A stretch of 64,000 nucleotides of DNA, from contig OX597823.1 of NCBI GenBank assembly GCA_951406725.2, forward strand, positions 101,370,001 to 101,434,000. The letters run 5' to 3'. This DNA comes from Octopus vulgaris. Taxonomy: Eukaryota. A program made the position numbers and the translations under genes. The notes below the pieces were generated by a model. It was given only the letters and a program-made list of their open reading frames with translations. It was not told the DNA's origin and did no database searches. How positions within the stretch are numbered: position 1 is the stretch's first letter; each line of letters begins with the position of its first letter. Shown here one piece after another: positions 26,140 to 42,731 of the stretch.

Positions 26140-26271
26140 GTGGGTGTGTATGGGTGTGTATATTTTTTATATATATATGTATATGTATGTGTAGACATAT
26201 GTGTGCGTGTGCTTGCGTATTGGCATGTATGTGTATATATATATTTGTGTGTATGTATATATGTGTGTGTG

Positions 26272-26311
<40 letters not shown>

Positions 26312-26317
26312 CGATAG

Positions 26318-26747
<430 letters not shown>

Positions 26748-26786
26748 ATATATATATATATATATATGTGTATGTATATATATATG

Positions 26787-26821
<35 letters not shown>

Positions 26822-27463
26822 ATATATATATATATATATATCAGTTACCATGATAGATCGGTAGTCATTACACACTTTTTTCTCTCCTTGTTTCTCTCCT
26901 TGTTTTTTGTGTCTCCCTTTTTGTAGAAGAGCGTAGGCTCGAAACGTTAAAGACTTTTTCAATTCCTGAGCGTTATACTAATACATCTGTTTGTTTTGTA
27001 CACCACTTGTCTTCGTCTTTTGTTTTTTCGTGAACTCTCCCCCCCTCCTATATATATATATAGTAAATTCACAGAAAACAGTTCAAACAAACGAATAAAA
27101 CAAAGACGGACAACATGACGTCGTGCATAAGAAATGTATTAACTTGACGCTTGTTGAAAGGAATGGATTTGACGTTTCGAGCACAGCTGTTCGTCAGAAA
27201 GGAGAAAGAGAAAAGTTCAAGGAAAGAAGAGAAATTGACAATGGCACACATGTAGCTACATTGCTGTTTGTGTGCGCATTCACGTGTTTGTGTGTGTGTG
27301 TGTATGCACACACATATACATACATACATACATACATACATACATACATACATACATAACATAACAACATAAATATACGGAATTGTGGTGTATGGCAACA
27401 TGCATCTATTTGTTCCTTCTTTTCTTATTTTTCTGAGTATTGTGTTTCTATCAATATACTTAC

Positions 27464-27526
<63 letters not shown>

Positions 27527-30015
27527 TGTATGTATGTATGTATGCATGCATGCATGTATGTATGTCTGTATGTATGTCTGTATGTCTGTATGTATGTGTG
27601 TATGTATGTATGTATGCATATATGTATGTATGTATGTATGTATGTAAGTATGTATGCATGTGTCTATGTAGGAATGTATTTACGTGTATGAACATATATG
27701 TATATATATATGTATACGTACATAAATACATACATAAATTCGTGCACATATAAGTAAAACACCCCTCCCCACATACACACGCGTATGTGTGTGTGTGTGT
27801 GTGTGTGAGTCGCCAGTGGATTACTAATAATGTCATAAGTAAAGTTTATTTTATTAACGTCAACTCCTTGAAACACAACCCTGGAAATTTCACATTCCTG
27901 CTTCTGAAATATATTTTAGTTGATATTTAAGTTTTTGAGTGCCAGCCATGTCTTGTGTGGTACTTGTCTCAAGACACTGTTGTTGTTTCTTTTGGGAGTG
28001 AGAATGACGTTTTTCATTAAATAATTTTATGCAAAAGACATTAAGTAGTTTTTCTAATTTTTTTCTATTTTCTTTTAAATAACCGTCCCTTGTAGACATA
28101 GATGAAAATTATGAATGGAATTCGGTAGCTTTGCATCCTCACATCATTCCCTCCCTGCATCTCTACCATGCTACAAGTTACAACTCTATATTATCTCACC
28201 CATTTTATCACGTCTTCTAAACATGGCTGCTCAACGTATCTAAACACACAATTCAAATTTCACTGCCCTAGCATCACACCACAACATCCCACCACCACAA
28301 ACAGCGACAACGACGACCACCACATTGTAAAACACTGTTCCGGATATACCTAATACATCGTACCACTACCATAACTCACCACACGCACCACTTTTCACCA
28401 TCTCGTTAGAATATTAAAACCCAACACATTTCAATATATGCTTTAACACCATCTCCAACACGTCATCCATTTTGCTACTCACCACGCTACCTCAGAGCTT
28501 GCACCAACCAGATTCACACCTCACAAATTTCTTGCTTTATTTTCTTGTAAATTACATAAGTTGTAGCATAGTTAAGACAGAAAATTGGACAGTCATGGCA
28601 GAAATTATACAAAATAAATTACTTCAAATATTTCTTATAGGACACAACGTTGTACGAGAGTGCTAAATACAAATAGCGATAAAGCGTTATATTACTGAAA
28701 AGCAAAGTATTTATCTTTTCTTTTCCTTTTATTTTTTTATTTGTTATATTCATTGGACTGCGGCCGTGCTGGGGCACCACATTGACGGGTGTAGTAGAAC
28801 AAATCGACCACAGTGCTTATTTTTTAAGTTTGTTACTTATTCTTCCGGTCCCTTATGCCAAACCAGTAAGTCCTCCTTGCTACGATTCAACAAAATTAAA
28901 CACTCCACAAAATATTGATGTCGATAGTTTAATCACCATTAAACGTCTGCTTTCACAAACGTTATTTCTTCAGTATAATACAAAATGTTAACATATTTTA
29001 TTATATATCTTTTAAATCAGTGATCCCAAACACCAGACTGCAGACCAGTACCGGGCCGTACAGAAAGAATAAATTTATAGATTTTATCTCTATCTTAAAG
29101 GTTGAGAAGCGCTGTTTTAACTTGTACTATTCTTTATTGTTTGTGATTCACATACACGGGTGGATTATATATTTCGGTTCTGTTTATTTACGTTTTCACA
29201 TTTTCCTTGTTGATGCAGTTGTTGGTACTCTCATTGTAATTGACGTTGTCGTTATGATTGTAGCTAACGAGCAGTTTATCGTAATATTACATTTGAATTT
29301 TCTTAAAGTTGATATTTAAAAAAAAAAGACTGAAGAAACTATGAAGATGTATCTATCGCCTCTTATTGCTCTGCATAAATAGCCACCCCCACCCCCACCA
29401 GAGAGCGGTACCACTTGAGAAACACTCCTTCCAAATCTTTCCAAATCTTTCTCAGTTTATAATCTTCCCACCTTCATGTATTGGATAATATAATCATAAG
29501 CAATAACTGAAAATATAAAGACAGGAATAGTCGTGGCTAGAACAACTTTCGTCGTAGCTGACCTGGAGTTAAATACAAATAACAGCAAGCGCAGCAACAA
29601 CAATACTAATAATAACAACAGTTACAATAACAATTGCGACACCTCCAACACTGATAGCAACAAGAAGGGTAACAAATGGTTTGAAGATTTTACTCTTGTT
29701 CCTTTAAATTTTGTTTTAAATTTCGGAATTACTTTCATATCCTTGGGTTGGAAAAATACTCAGTACTAGTAAGACACGGGTAGATTCTATTGACAATTTG
29801 CCCCTTCTCTATGAAAATTTGCTTTAGACCTACACATCTCCACGGTTTCTCTTCTCATGAAATAAACACGAACATTAATAGTCAAGGAACTTGTGAATTG
29901 ATTTAAGTTTTTGTTTCTTTTTAGCTTCCGAATCTCAGGCCAAAAACCTATTATAACTTAAGCCATAGAAATTTACTGCAATGGAGACAGGCTCTGCGAT
30001 TTTTATGATGGTTGA

Positions 30016-30370
30016 TAACATTGAGCAATCTACCTGCATGAGATTTTACATGAAGTTCGGCAAATCTGCTGCTAGGACCCTGCAAACGTTTCCTCTGGTT
30101 TTTTTGGTGAAACATTCTTTAGACCAAACACGCATTTCAGTGGCACATGCGTTTGAAGATGAACCGAGTATAAGTTCAAGATTATAAGTGTTCAATTAGC
30201 AGTGAAATGCTAGAAAATGTTGAGAAATTCGTAGTCATCCACATAAATCTCTGTCGAACAAGCCATCAGCTCTCTTGCATAACTGTTATGAGTCTGCCAG
30301 GAGATTCTCGTGATAAATCCATCATGTATCATGTTGCTACGAAGTTTCACCTGTGCTTCTTGGCACTGGA
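30016..30370 (+). pseudogene. Mariner transposase N-terminal remnant
   Basis: EQSTCMRFYMKFGKSAARTL resembles the mariner N-terminal HTH consensus EQR..IKF..KLGKSA.ET. Confidence 0.55.
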
Positions 30371-32258
30371 TCATACCTGAGAAAGCTAACGACACAGAAA
30401 GATGCACTTAGCCCTTCAGAAGAATGCAGATTACCTATTTCTGGCATTTAAAAGAGAATCTTTGTTCCTAAAGAATGTTACCAGTGGCAATAAAGGTATG
30501 TATGCACTATAGAAATGTTATCCAATACTCCATTGACATAGTAAGATTATCGATGGGTCCTTCTTATCACGAAATATGCGAAGTTACTTAAAAGATCAAT
30601 GAAAGCCAGTAAATGGGCCATAATAATACTTTAATGTAAAATTGAAATCCATCTTACTAATAAGTTGTCTATCTCTCAGCAGCAATCATGCATTCTTCTG
30701 TATCTCTGTTGTCGGTTTAATTGCTCTGCTTGTCGGTATTTGCTGTCTATACCACTTCCCGATATTATTTTCTAGTGTGATATAGGACACTTTACAGATA
30801 CTTATCAAGAAGGATTTATCGCTAGGTTTATCAAATCTGGAAATTATCTTTGTGAGGAATATTTCAGTCAAGCGAAATTCCGTTGTTGTCAGACAACATA
30901 GCAATATGTTCAGAGTAGCAGAGACGGTATTGTGTTGGATAACTACTTTCCAATACTCACTTCTGTTATTTAGACATTCTGAGTTCAAGTCCCGTCAAGC
31001 CTGATTTTACTTTTAATACCATCAGAATCGATAAAACAAGAAGAAAACATACCCTTGCGGCGATCCAATTACCCTCTATATAAATGTATAAACCCAGTGT
31101 CAAAGTAAGGACCCTGTTATTTTCGCAGTGTCTTTTATGAGGTCATTGCTTTGGATGTACATGAGGAATGTTTGAAGGATCTTTGGAATAGGAAGTTCGC
31201 TAGCGGTCCCCAGCCCCAAGTATATCCCTGTTGGGAGAACGTCTTGTTTGCCGTAGATTTTTAAGGAGTGGTTGGAGATCACGCGGTCGTTAGCCTCAAA
31301 TCGCCAGGTCTGGTCGGCGTTTGTGAGAGATGCAGCACTGAGGATGAATGAAGCCAGCTCAACCCACCCCGGGTGAATGCTGTCTCAAGACAAGAAGATT
31401 GCTTTGGATACATTTACCAGAAGTAGTTTCTCTTCAGTTGCATAGCTGTATCAGTATTATTCTTGAGAAAAGTATGTATGTCGCATAGTCTAATTGGCAA
31501 TCTTTTATAAACTTGCTTCGCTGTAAAAACAAGATCGATACTTTGTGAGACCAAACGAACAGCAGCATAGCAGAAACAGCAATAGTCCAAAGAAACTGAT
31601 TGATTATTTTTGAAACGAAAATTCTAACCAACAGAAAAAGGCTTCAGGAACTGAATCCAAATATGTATCGATGTGTCAAACGATGCCGCAAACATTTCGC
31701 AAGAGCCACTGACGTCATCCATCCTAATAACTAAATCGACCCAATTTTTCAGATCCTGGAAGAGTTCAGGATGCTTTTATCATCACGATCTGACACTTGA
31801 TCTTGTAATCATAAATATTAAATCATGGAATAATAGTAAGCGTTTTTCCTTCTTTTTCTGTTTCTTTCGTTTATTTTCGTTAAACGGTTGTTTATTGATT
31901 ATGAGAAAGAGAGAGGGGGAGGGAGAGAGGAAAAAGAAAGAGAGGAGAGAATGAGAAACGGGAGAGAGAGAAAGAGGGAGAGAGAAAACGAGAGGAGAGA
32001 ATGAGAAACGGGAGAGAGAAGGTTACAGGGGTAGAAGAGATAAGATAAACAGAAAATGTGTGAGAAACATATATAAACAAAGGCAGAGCGACTAACAGGG
32101 TATGAAATCAAATCTGAGATGGCGTATATGAGAATCAGAGCACGGGAGAAAATTATGGAGGCTAACTTAGAGAAGGGCAACGGAGACGTAGGAACACTAT
32201 TGTTACATACGGCACGTGTGGGGTATTTGGGAATTTTGAACTTGGCAGAGAGAACAAG

Positions 32259-32572
32259 AGAGATTTATTATTGCTTTCAGACAGTTTTTCGAAATCAGTG
32301 ACAGTGGTTACTGGGAAAAACATTAAATAGATATTCGCAAACAGGTCTCTCCTCATCGAAAACCGGTGATTACCGTACGTTGACAAGAGGCAAAAAACCT
32401 CAAAAATGCATTCCGTCCGTATCACTTAGGTTTACGAGAGGGTATGACCTCCCTTTGCAAATATCATAAGGGCACAAAGTGTGCCTAAATCCAGCTGGAG
32501 ACGATAATCTCCTGGGGCTAAAAGCTACAGTAACACCCACCCTTAGTGGTTAGCCATATTGAGATGGCTAGT
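32259..32572 (+). ncRNA. Diverged single homolog of the 360-bp structured monomer
   Basis: Shares TTATTATTGCTTTC, TTTTCGAAATCAG, ACCTCCCTTTGCA, TAAGGGCAC, CCTGGGGCTAAA.GC.ACAGTAACACCC and TAGCCATATT.AGATGGCT, in the same order. Confidence 0.75.
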
Positions 32573-32892
32573 ATACTTTACGATAAATCAATTATCTTGA
32601 CAGAAAGATTTAAAAAGTTATATTTTTGTTTTATTATTATTTCTATTATTTTTGTTGGTTAGTCAAAGAACAAGTGGACACACCCTTAACTTTTGCAAGC
32701 CCTCCCAAACTGCTGAGGTCGAAATTATAATTGGAATAATATGGGAGGTTGAGATCAAGGGTCATGTGTTGCTAATAATTGTCTCGTCCATCTCTGTTAG
32801 GAGCCCATATGGAAATCAATAGAATCAGGTTTAATCAAAAGCAATATCTGAAGACGATCCACTACTTCGAAACACTTTATACCAGTAGTGCA

Positions 32893-33289
32893 TACTCTCT
32901 TTACTTGTTTCAGTCATTTGACTGCGGCCATGCTGGAGCACCGCCTTTAGTCGAGCAAATCGACCCCGGGACTTATTCTTTGTAAGCCCAGTACTTATTC
33001 TATCGGTCTCTTTTTTGCCGAACCGCTAAGTAACGGGGACGTAAACACACCAGCATCAGTTGTCAAGCAATGCTAGGGGGACAAACACAGACACACAAAC
33101 ACACACACACATATATATATATACATATATACGACAGGCTTCTTTCAGTTTCCGCCTACCAAATCCACTCACAAGGCATTGGTCGGCCCGGGGCTATAGC
33201 AGAAGACACTCGCCCAAGATGCCACGCAGTGGGACTGAACCCGGAACCATGTGGTTGGTTAGCAAGCTACTTACCACACAGCCACTCCT
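32893..33289 (-). mobile_element. tRNA-derived SINE
   Basis: Reverse complement of the 35725-36103 family, with A/B boxes and an internal microsatellite. Confidence 0.85.
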
Positions 33290-34405
33290 GTGCATACACA
33301 TTTATTACACTATACGAAGTCAAAAGCACAAATGAGAGTAGAGCGACTAATGTCGTTGATATTCACAAACCGAAATATATGTGGTCCAACTGCATGAAGT
33401 ATTTTTTTTTCTTTTTTATCTTGTCTGGAGGAAGTAGCTGCGTTCATAGTCATCGTCGGTTTTCCGAATTCTACGTGGCTGAAATTCTTGTGGAGGCACA
33501 AACATGACTATTTTATTAAGAAGTTCGTATCGCAGCTGCATAATTTCGGGTTCAGTATGTGGTACTCTGGGCAAGAGTTTTCTATATAGGAGAAAAGAGA
33601 CCAATGACTGATACTTTCTGAATTTGGAAGACGGAATCTGTGCGGAAGCTCGTCTCACACACACACACACACGCACACACGAATACACACACGCGCACAC
33701 ACACACGCACACACATGTATGTAGGTGTGTGTGTTTGTATATATATATATATTTATTTGTGTATATCGAGAGAATCTCAACATAGAAACTTTTTATCACT
33801 CTAATGAACTTATTCTCCGATATCTTCACCGAAGATGAAATCTACAGGGTAAAAAGTGGCTATAAGAGGAATTCAAGTGAGCAGATATGGAGGCAATGAT
33901 TCGAATAAACAGAGAAAACCATAAAAAGAGAAGGCAGTCTCAAAATTTTCAGATGGTAAACAATCAAGTATATATATTTTTTTATGGAGCAAACTTACTC
34001 ACAGAAAAACTTACTCAAAGAAATAAAGGCGAGACGGCGTTACAAGTCTGACAACTGTTTCTGAGAACTCGGAGTTACTTCATAATACAGGCAGACGTAG
34101 TTGATAAAAAATCTGCTCCCAGTAATACAAGCAAACAAATATTGATAAGCTCCAGAGCATCGTTCATCAGGGTGGACCTCAGAAACAGCTGTCGGACTTG
34201 TAACGCCTTCTCACCTCTTATTCTTTGAGTCTGAGTAATCTGAGTAAGTAACCCCCATAAAAAAAATATATATACATTTATACTTGATTCTTTGCCATCT
34301 GAAAATTTTGTCTCTAGCCATATGGCCTCTGATGCTGAAAGACTTTCAAAACAGCAAGTGCCATAAAGGATTTCAGTGAAGAGGTTATCTCTCTCTCTCT
34401 CTCTC

Positions 34406-34519
<114 letters not shown>

Positions 34520-35724
34520 ATTTTTCTATTGTGCTCAAAAGGAATTAAGTTTTTAAAAGTTATTAATTTTCTGGATGTCAATAGGTTTTCGTTATGTACG
34601 TTATATCAGAGAAGTAATGTGTGATTATAAATGGATGAACCCGCGAATTATTATATTAGAGAATAAATGTGCAATTAATACAGCCTGATATTTTTATGGA
34701 GTTTATTATGTTAAGGGTAGAAAGCAGGTAACCTCTGACAAATGTTTTTTAAAAGTGTTTATTATTATAAAATGTTATAAATTGTTTTCATTGCAAATTA
34801 CCAATATTCAAATTTGCATAGAAATAAATTGCACAGTAATAAAACTAATTTTAAAAATTAATAATTAAAATTTTTGTTATTATTTGATAAAATTTAACAG
34901 ATCTTATTTTTATTTTTGTTAATAATTTTCAATTTTTTCCGAAGTGGCCTGTTTCCACATTAACCATTAACTACGAAGAACGTTTTCACAAATAATATTC
35001 CGATTCTGTGAACTAAAAGATAAAACAAGGTTGCTCTACATCATATTCCCCAGAATCTTTTTTTAAGGGCGAATAATTTATGCAAAATTACTAATTGGTC
35101 ATTATTTCTTTGTACTACTGTGCGGTAACAAAGCTCATTATTATATCTTCTGGCAATTTTTATGCTATGTCAGAATAAGTACCAGGGTTGATTTGTTCGA
35201 CTAAATCCATCAAGGCTGTATTCCAGCATGGCTGCAGTCCAGGAATTGAAACATGTATTGTTTCAATATAGAAATGTATTCCTCGTTAAATCTTTAACTA
35301 ATCCTCAAAATTTTAATTCAACCGCACATGATCTTGGCAATAAATCGACGCCTTTCCGTTAAACCCGTCTTCAAAATCTATGAAAAATCTTAAAACAATT
35401 TGTGATTCACAGCACAGCTGTTACTAAGCTTGCAGAAACCAGCTCAATTGTTATTGATCTACGATTCTATCGACTGATATTAAATTTTCCTGATGCCGTT
35501 ATACGTGTGGGTATAACACACGTATATATATATATATATGTGCCAGCGCGAATGCTTCTAACCGAGAAAGAATAGTGAGATCACCCTGAAATCATGCCGC
35601 ACGGCCTTAAAAGAAGACATTAGGCAATGTAGTTATTGCTAATTTTTGTTTTGCATAGCTAAAGCTAATCTGAGACAAAGCAACAATATATATGTTATAT
35701 GTGTGTGTACGAGTGTGTATATGT

Positions 35725-36103
35725 AGGAGTGGCTGTGTGGTAAGTAGCTTGCTTACCAACCACATGGTTCAGGGTTCAGTCCCACTGCATGGTACCTTGG
35801 GCAAGTGCCTTCTACTATAGCCTCGGGCCGTCCAAAGCCTTGTGAGTGGATTTGGTAGACGGAAACTGAAAGAAGCCCGTCGTATATATGTATATGTATA
35901 TATATGTGCGTGTGTGTTTGTGTGTTTGTACCCCAACATCGCTTGACATCCGATGTTGGTGTGTTTACGTCCCCGTAACTTAGCGGTTTGGCAAAGCACT
36001 AGGCTTACAAAGAATAAGTCCTGGGGTTGATTTCCTCGACTATAGGCGGTGCTCCAGCATGGCCGCAGTCAAATGCCTGAAACAAATAAAAGAGTAAAAG
36101 AGA
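35725..36103 (+). mobile_element. tRNA-derived SINE
   Basis: A box TGGCTGTGTGG, B box GGTTCAGTCCC, tail GGCGGTGCTCCAGCATGGCCGCAGTC..(AAAGAGT)n. Multiple copies in the window. Confidence 0.85.
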
Positions 36104-36184
<81 letters not shown>

Positions 36185-36260
36185 GAGTAAATAATATCTT
36201 TAATGGTTTTTAAAAAAACCCAACAATTATCTACTGGTAGATTTCGGCATGTAAATATAA

Positions 36261-36637
36261 CTCTTTTACTCTTTTACTCTTTTACTTGATTCAGTCATTT
36301 GACTGCGGCCATGCTGGAGCACCGCCTTCTAGTCGAGTAAATCGACCCCAGGACTTATTCTTTGTAAGCCTAGTACTTATTCTATCAGTCTCTTTTGCTG
36401 AACTACTAAGTTACGGGACGTAAACACACCACCATCGGTTATCAAGCAATGGTGGGGGGACAAATACAGACATGCAAACATATACATACATACATATATA
36501 TATATACATATATACGACGGGCTTCTTCCAGTTTCGGCCCGAGGCTATAGTAGAAGACACTTGCCCAAGGTACCACGCCGTGAAATGAACCCGGAACCAT
36601 GTGGTTGGTAAGCAAGCTACTTACCACACAGCCACTC
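36261..36637 (-). mobile_element. tRNA-derived SINE, inverted relative to the adjacent copy
   Basis: Same family, tail-to-tail with 35725-36103. Confidence 0.85.
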
Positions 36638-38083
36638 AAGTTCAATATATATATTGTATATAAATAAAAGAGGCAGGCAACAAGTTGCTTAGCCACATAC
36701 CCCAAAAAATTAGAAATAGCAGTCAAAGACTGTTTATTTCTATTTTCTACAAATGAGAGTCCACATACGACATATCCCTGTAATTCACATATGCAAAACA
36801 GAAGGAAGATATAACGAAAACAAAGTCTCACGGTCATTTACGAACGCGTTTCTAGATTAGGAATATAATAAAATATAAATTCGATGTCTTTCATCAGCGT
36901 ATGTATGTATGTATGTATGTATGTATACAGGGTCCATTATCAGAACTACTGGAGGGTTTGCCGACAACCAATCAGCGCTACGGCAAATTATTAACTGACT
37001 AGTTAACAAATTCGCCGAGAAACTATTGACTAACAAATTCACCTTATTTAGTAATATTATACCTTCAAAATTGAGTTTTAAAAAATACACACTTATTATT
37101 CATAAAATTTAATTTCAAATATGAAGACGCTGATACTACTTTGAAGAAATTTCTTAATTAAAATATTTATTTCTAAACTAAAATATTATGAACTAACATC
37201 TTGAACAGGGAACAGTAGACTTGTTAGGTTCGTAATTAACATCGAGCCTTTGTGTTATTACTTCACTAATTCATAATATCTTCGTCTCTTCAAATGAGAC
37301 TCTTTCTAATCGGTGAATTTTCTGAACACGGTTAATACTATTCAAAAATGAGAAAAAAATGATTTTGTAACAGTTATTAAATCTTATTAAAATTATATAA
37401 ACGAAAGTAATGCCAAGCGAAAAAAGAAAGAATTTATATAAAGTAATAGAAATTTTGAAAGCTTAGAATTAAACAACGACAAATTATACAAATATAGAAT
37501 TAGTATTCGTCTCACACATAACGTTTCACATTATATTTATCCTCCTCCCTCAACCATATTGTCGTGTTTGCTTTCCAACATTTTATTGATGTATCACAGC
37601 GTAAAATAACAATCGATATGGTATGTAAAATTTAATTACATTCCTATAATATTTTCAATATCAGCTCATTGAAATGAGATGTAGAATCAGAGAACTCACA
37701 AGCTTGTTTGTGTTTATCGTTGCTGCTTCATACTTTTTTTTTATTTAGTTTTGTATTTTCTTTTACCGGGCTTTCTTTTTGTTAGTGTTGATTTAATTCC
37801 TATTTATTACATTGTAGAATTAATTAATTCATTTCTTTTGTTTCTGGCGCCCTATTTTTTAGTTATTTTCTTTCCTTTCAATTGTTGTTTTGTTATTTTC
37901 GAGATTTATCTTAGGAGCCATTTTGAAAAAGACGTGGCTTTCTATAAGATATTTAAATCGATGCTGTAATAGTTTGATTGGTTATATACATAGAGATTAC
38001 TTCCTAAAATATCTTATTACAGGTTTCCTGCTTCCATTTGGCTACTGAAGCGAGATTATTCTGAAAATACTGTAGAGAGAGAG

Positions 38084-38179
<96 letters not shown>

Positions 38180-39871
38180 AGGGGGTTGTGTGTACATATA
38201 CATCCACTAAGCTGTATCAGCCCTTGGCTTTCCACTTGACAAACACGAAGACGTGGAGAGAGGGAAATTTGCTGTAAGAGCAACATTTAACGTTCCATTC
38301 AAACGTTGTCCAATTCTAATTCTTGAAGTAGAACTCTCAGTGCAGATACAGAGTCAACACTGACCTTCGAGGACTTAAATATGCACACACACACACATGC
38401 GCGTTCATATTGCATGTTTCCCTTTCTCTCTCTCTTAAGTTTTAGTTTAATTTTGATCAGCCACATTCCCGGTGGCAAGGTTGTAAAAAGATAAAATTCT
38501 CCTTGGCCTTTCTGTAAGGGTTCATCCTTTGAATCCTAAGAACCTTTGAATTAAAGAGCTACGTTCTTTCGCCACCAATCCAAGTTCAGTTATACTTTGT
38601 TCCAGGCAGGCTGGTATACAACTTGTAGCTGCAACAATAACGGGTATGAAGCTACACGTTATCTTGGATTCGGATTTGGTCCGTTCGTATCTTCCCTCTC
38701 ATGCAGTGATCTAACCACATAGACATCAAATGGACGGTTGATTTCTACGCTAGAGCATGTTTTTAATGTGTGGTACCTGGCCTGTTGCGTTTTAATTCGG
38801 GGGCATTTAGATTTCGTAGGTTCCAACAGCATTCCTTTCAGTTATTATATTACTCGCTATTTGATTTTATTTTCGTCTTCCGTAAAACATTCTATTTTCT
38901 TTGTATGTATGTTTGTATGTATGTATGTATGTATGTATGTAATGAATGTATGTATGTATGTATGTATGTATGTATGTATGTATGTATGTATGTATGTATG
39001 TATGTATGTATGTCTATGTATATATATATCTATTTATATCTCTGTCTCTATCTAATCATACACACTTGCGCATGCACGTACCCCCTTCGTTTCACGCATA
39101 ATTCATAAATATATAACATGTGCTGTGCGTGCTGTATACGGAAGAAAGCGGAAATCAAACGAAATGTTCTGGTATCACGTGATAGGGAGATGATGTCATT
39201 CCTTGGCGGAGGTCAGAACTGGACACTTCTGAGTCATTTCCCTTACGTGTACGGAATTTTGCAATGCCAGTGGCTTGGCTGCTCTAAATTAAAGCCCTCA
39301 ATTGCTTTGTTACTGTTCATTTTATCGTATAATGCAAAATGACTTAAGAGCGATACATCTCATAGAAATGGGAGGAGTTGCGAAAGAGTAATTTGAGCGT
39401 TTGATGATATATATATATATGTATGTTTGTATGAATATGTGTATATATGCATGTATGTATAAATGCCTATATGTATGCCTGCACGTATGTATGGATATCT
39501 TATGGATATATATTATATTTATATAATATTCACAACTATATATTCCACACACACACATACATACACACACACACACATATATATATATATATGTATACAA
39601 ACATACATGTTCATATATGTACGTATTCATGTAAACATGTATACATGAATGTATGTGTGCTTCTTCTGAGTTCTGTGCGTGTACGTGTGATTGTGTGCAT
39701 GCATGTGTGTGTATGTGCGTGTTTGTGTGTGTGCCTGTGTGTGTGCGTGTGTGTGTGTGTTTGTGTGCGTGTAAATGACTTTTGAGAAGGTGTCTTTTAT
39801 ATGCTGTTTCAACATATCATTTGATCAAGGGATTCACGAAATTCGACATGGTGAATCAGAAGATATCTACG

Positions 39872-39914
<43 letters not shown>

Positions 39915-40012
39915 ACACACAGACACACATACAGAGAGAGAAAGAGAAAAAGAGAGAGAGAGGAAGAGAGAGATAGAGACAGAGCGATTGAGATAGATAG
40001 ATACAGAAAGAG

Positions 40013-40049
<37 letters not shown>

Positions 40050-40339
40050 AAGAGAGAAAGAGAGTCTTATTTCATCCTGAGAAAATAATAAGATATATAA
40101 ATACCCGTATATTGACAGGAAACAGAAGGGGTAATTAATTATTCAACATAACTTGTATGATTCATGTTTGTCCTTATCAAATACCAGATTATTTGTTCTG
40201 TATGTGCGTGTATGAGGGAGAGAGAGCGCGACAGAGAACCTGTGTTGAAAGAGAAGGCGAGCGTGCGAGAGAGAGAGAGAAGGGGGAGGGCGGGGTGTGA
40301 CAGAGAAAGAGGGAAACCGCCAGAGACAAAGACAGAGAT

Positions 40340-40373
<34 letters not shown>

Positions 40374-40633
40374 TGAGAGAGAAAGGGGGACTGAGAGAAA
40401 TAATGGGAATGTGTATGTGTTGTGTTCCTTTATCATACGGGGATATGTTCTGTGATGGCATTGGCGGCGACACTTCTTGGCCGTGTCAGTGTGACATTAG
40501 CACAGTTCCTGGTTTCTTTTGTGTCAGTTTTGTCAGAACAGACATCAATAAGCACCTCTCCAGGTATCTTATAGATTGTAACTTATTAAATGGGATGCTA
40601 TGTCGCGCTGCTTTACCATTGTCAGCACAATAA

Positions 40634-41066
<433 letters not shown>

Positions 41067-41299
41067 CATTATCATTGTTATTATCGTCAGAACGAGGGCG
41101 CCTTTATGTGGCATCTCGACACGCTAGAAATAATAATTAAATCACCTCAAGCCGCATCTTACCATCTTAAATACGGAAAGGGTATTGTGGGTAATAAAGA
41201 AATAGGTTTTACTTAATCTTTTCCTCCTGTTTTATGAACTCTGAAATAATCTCAGGTAAGGGGAGGATATCTTTTTAGTAAGTCTCCTGGACATTTCGA

Positions 41300-42010
41300 C
41301 CAAATATTTTTTAAAAATAAGTTACTACTGCCCCTTCATCTATCCTTTTCCATGCATGTGAACGTAAACACTGATGGGTAATTTTTCTTTGGACATTGTT
41401 TTTCTTTTAAAATTAACACTAGTAGCAATTTTGTTACATACAAGCACCACTAAATAATACTCTTCGCGTATCCAGTAGTCTTCACAGTAATAGTTTTAAT
41501 ACCATTGTATCAATAGTTCTATTGTTTCATCCGCATTTGCTATTTAAGACAATTCAAATGAAACTTCTTTTCTCATAACTGTATAATATACTTGTGAAAA
41601 GTATAGATTTTCTCTTCAAAACCATCGGACACTTTTTGTGCAGTTTTCGTCTTATGCAAGTACATCTCCGTAATCTCCTAACTAGGCTTTTGCGTTTTAT
41701 AAACATATATCATCATGATATATGGCCGGTTAAATCACCTAAATTATTATCACATGCAATCTTTTTCGCTTCAAAAAATTATCATATTTTGTAGAAGCGA
41801 GTAGTCCTTGCCTTCTCTGATCCACAGCCCATTTATATGTTTATTTTCGAGATTTTGCTATTTTTCATCCCACTCACCATCCGTAAATTAAGTTTATCAT
41901 TTTAATCATTTGCAATTTTTCTTCTTGATCTAAGCAGCAAGAAATAATTTTCTTCTGTTCGTTGAAGACCAAAATGTGTTCGGTAGCTCTATTTCAATGT
42001 TTTACTCTTT
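41300..42010 (-). pseudogene. pogo/Tigger-like transposase remnant
   Basis: Minus strand near 41523-41543 encodes IANADET, with an upstream KTAQK motif and many stops. Confidence 0.45.
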
Positions 42011-42635
42011 TTAGCATAATTAATCACACTTAATTTGAATTTAACTGTGTATGACATTATCTTCGCTTTTGATACTGTGAAGGAGAGAACAAATAGAACG
42101 AAAACGAAGAAACAAACTATTTTACCCCGTATGCTTAAGATAGGGTATTTGGGCTTTCAGTTGTACATCCAACTTTACAGTAAACATGTGTCAGACTATC
42201 AAGTATCCAGTAAAAATTTAAAAACTGATGAGGCGATTACATTTTGGTCAACGGCATCGCACATTTGAAATCCAAGATAAACTCTCATAAATGACTTGTC
42301 ATTTGTTAAAACAGTTAGGCGCTGCCCAGCTAACTTGTCCATAATATGTTCATGATTCTGACAGCCAGACCGAATCGCTTCTCGCCTGGGTTAACATCAA
42401 GAGTGGACAGGTGTCAATTTCGACAACTTACAGAGTGCAGCAGAAGACGGAGTGAAGTGATGAAATCTGGTTGCGACCTCATCAAGGATTTTCCCAACGA
42501 GCACACGGTCAAAAGGTGGGAAAGAAAGATATACATATAGATTATTCATATATTCGGTGTATAAGACGGAAGCAAATCCTAGCATTAAGTCTTGGATTAA
42601 GGACATTCCTGTTATACAACGGAAAATGTGATATA

Positions 42636-42731
<96 letters not shown>

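Noticed and set aside
28940-28980. CTGAAGA..GAAA on the minus strand
   Set aside because: Stems I and II do not pair, so this is probably a chance core match.
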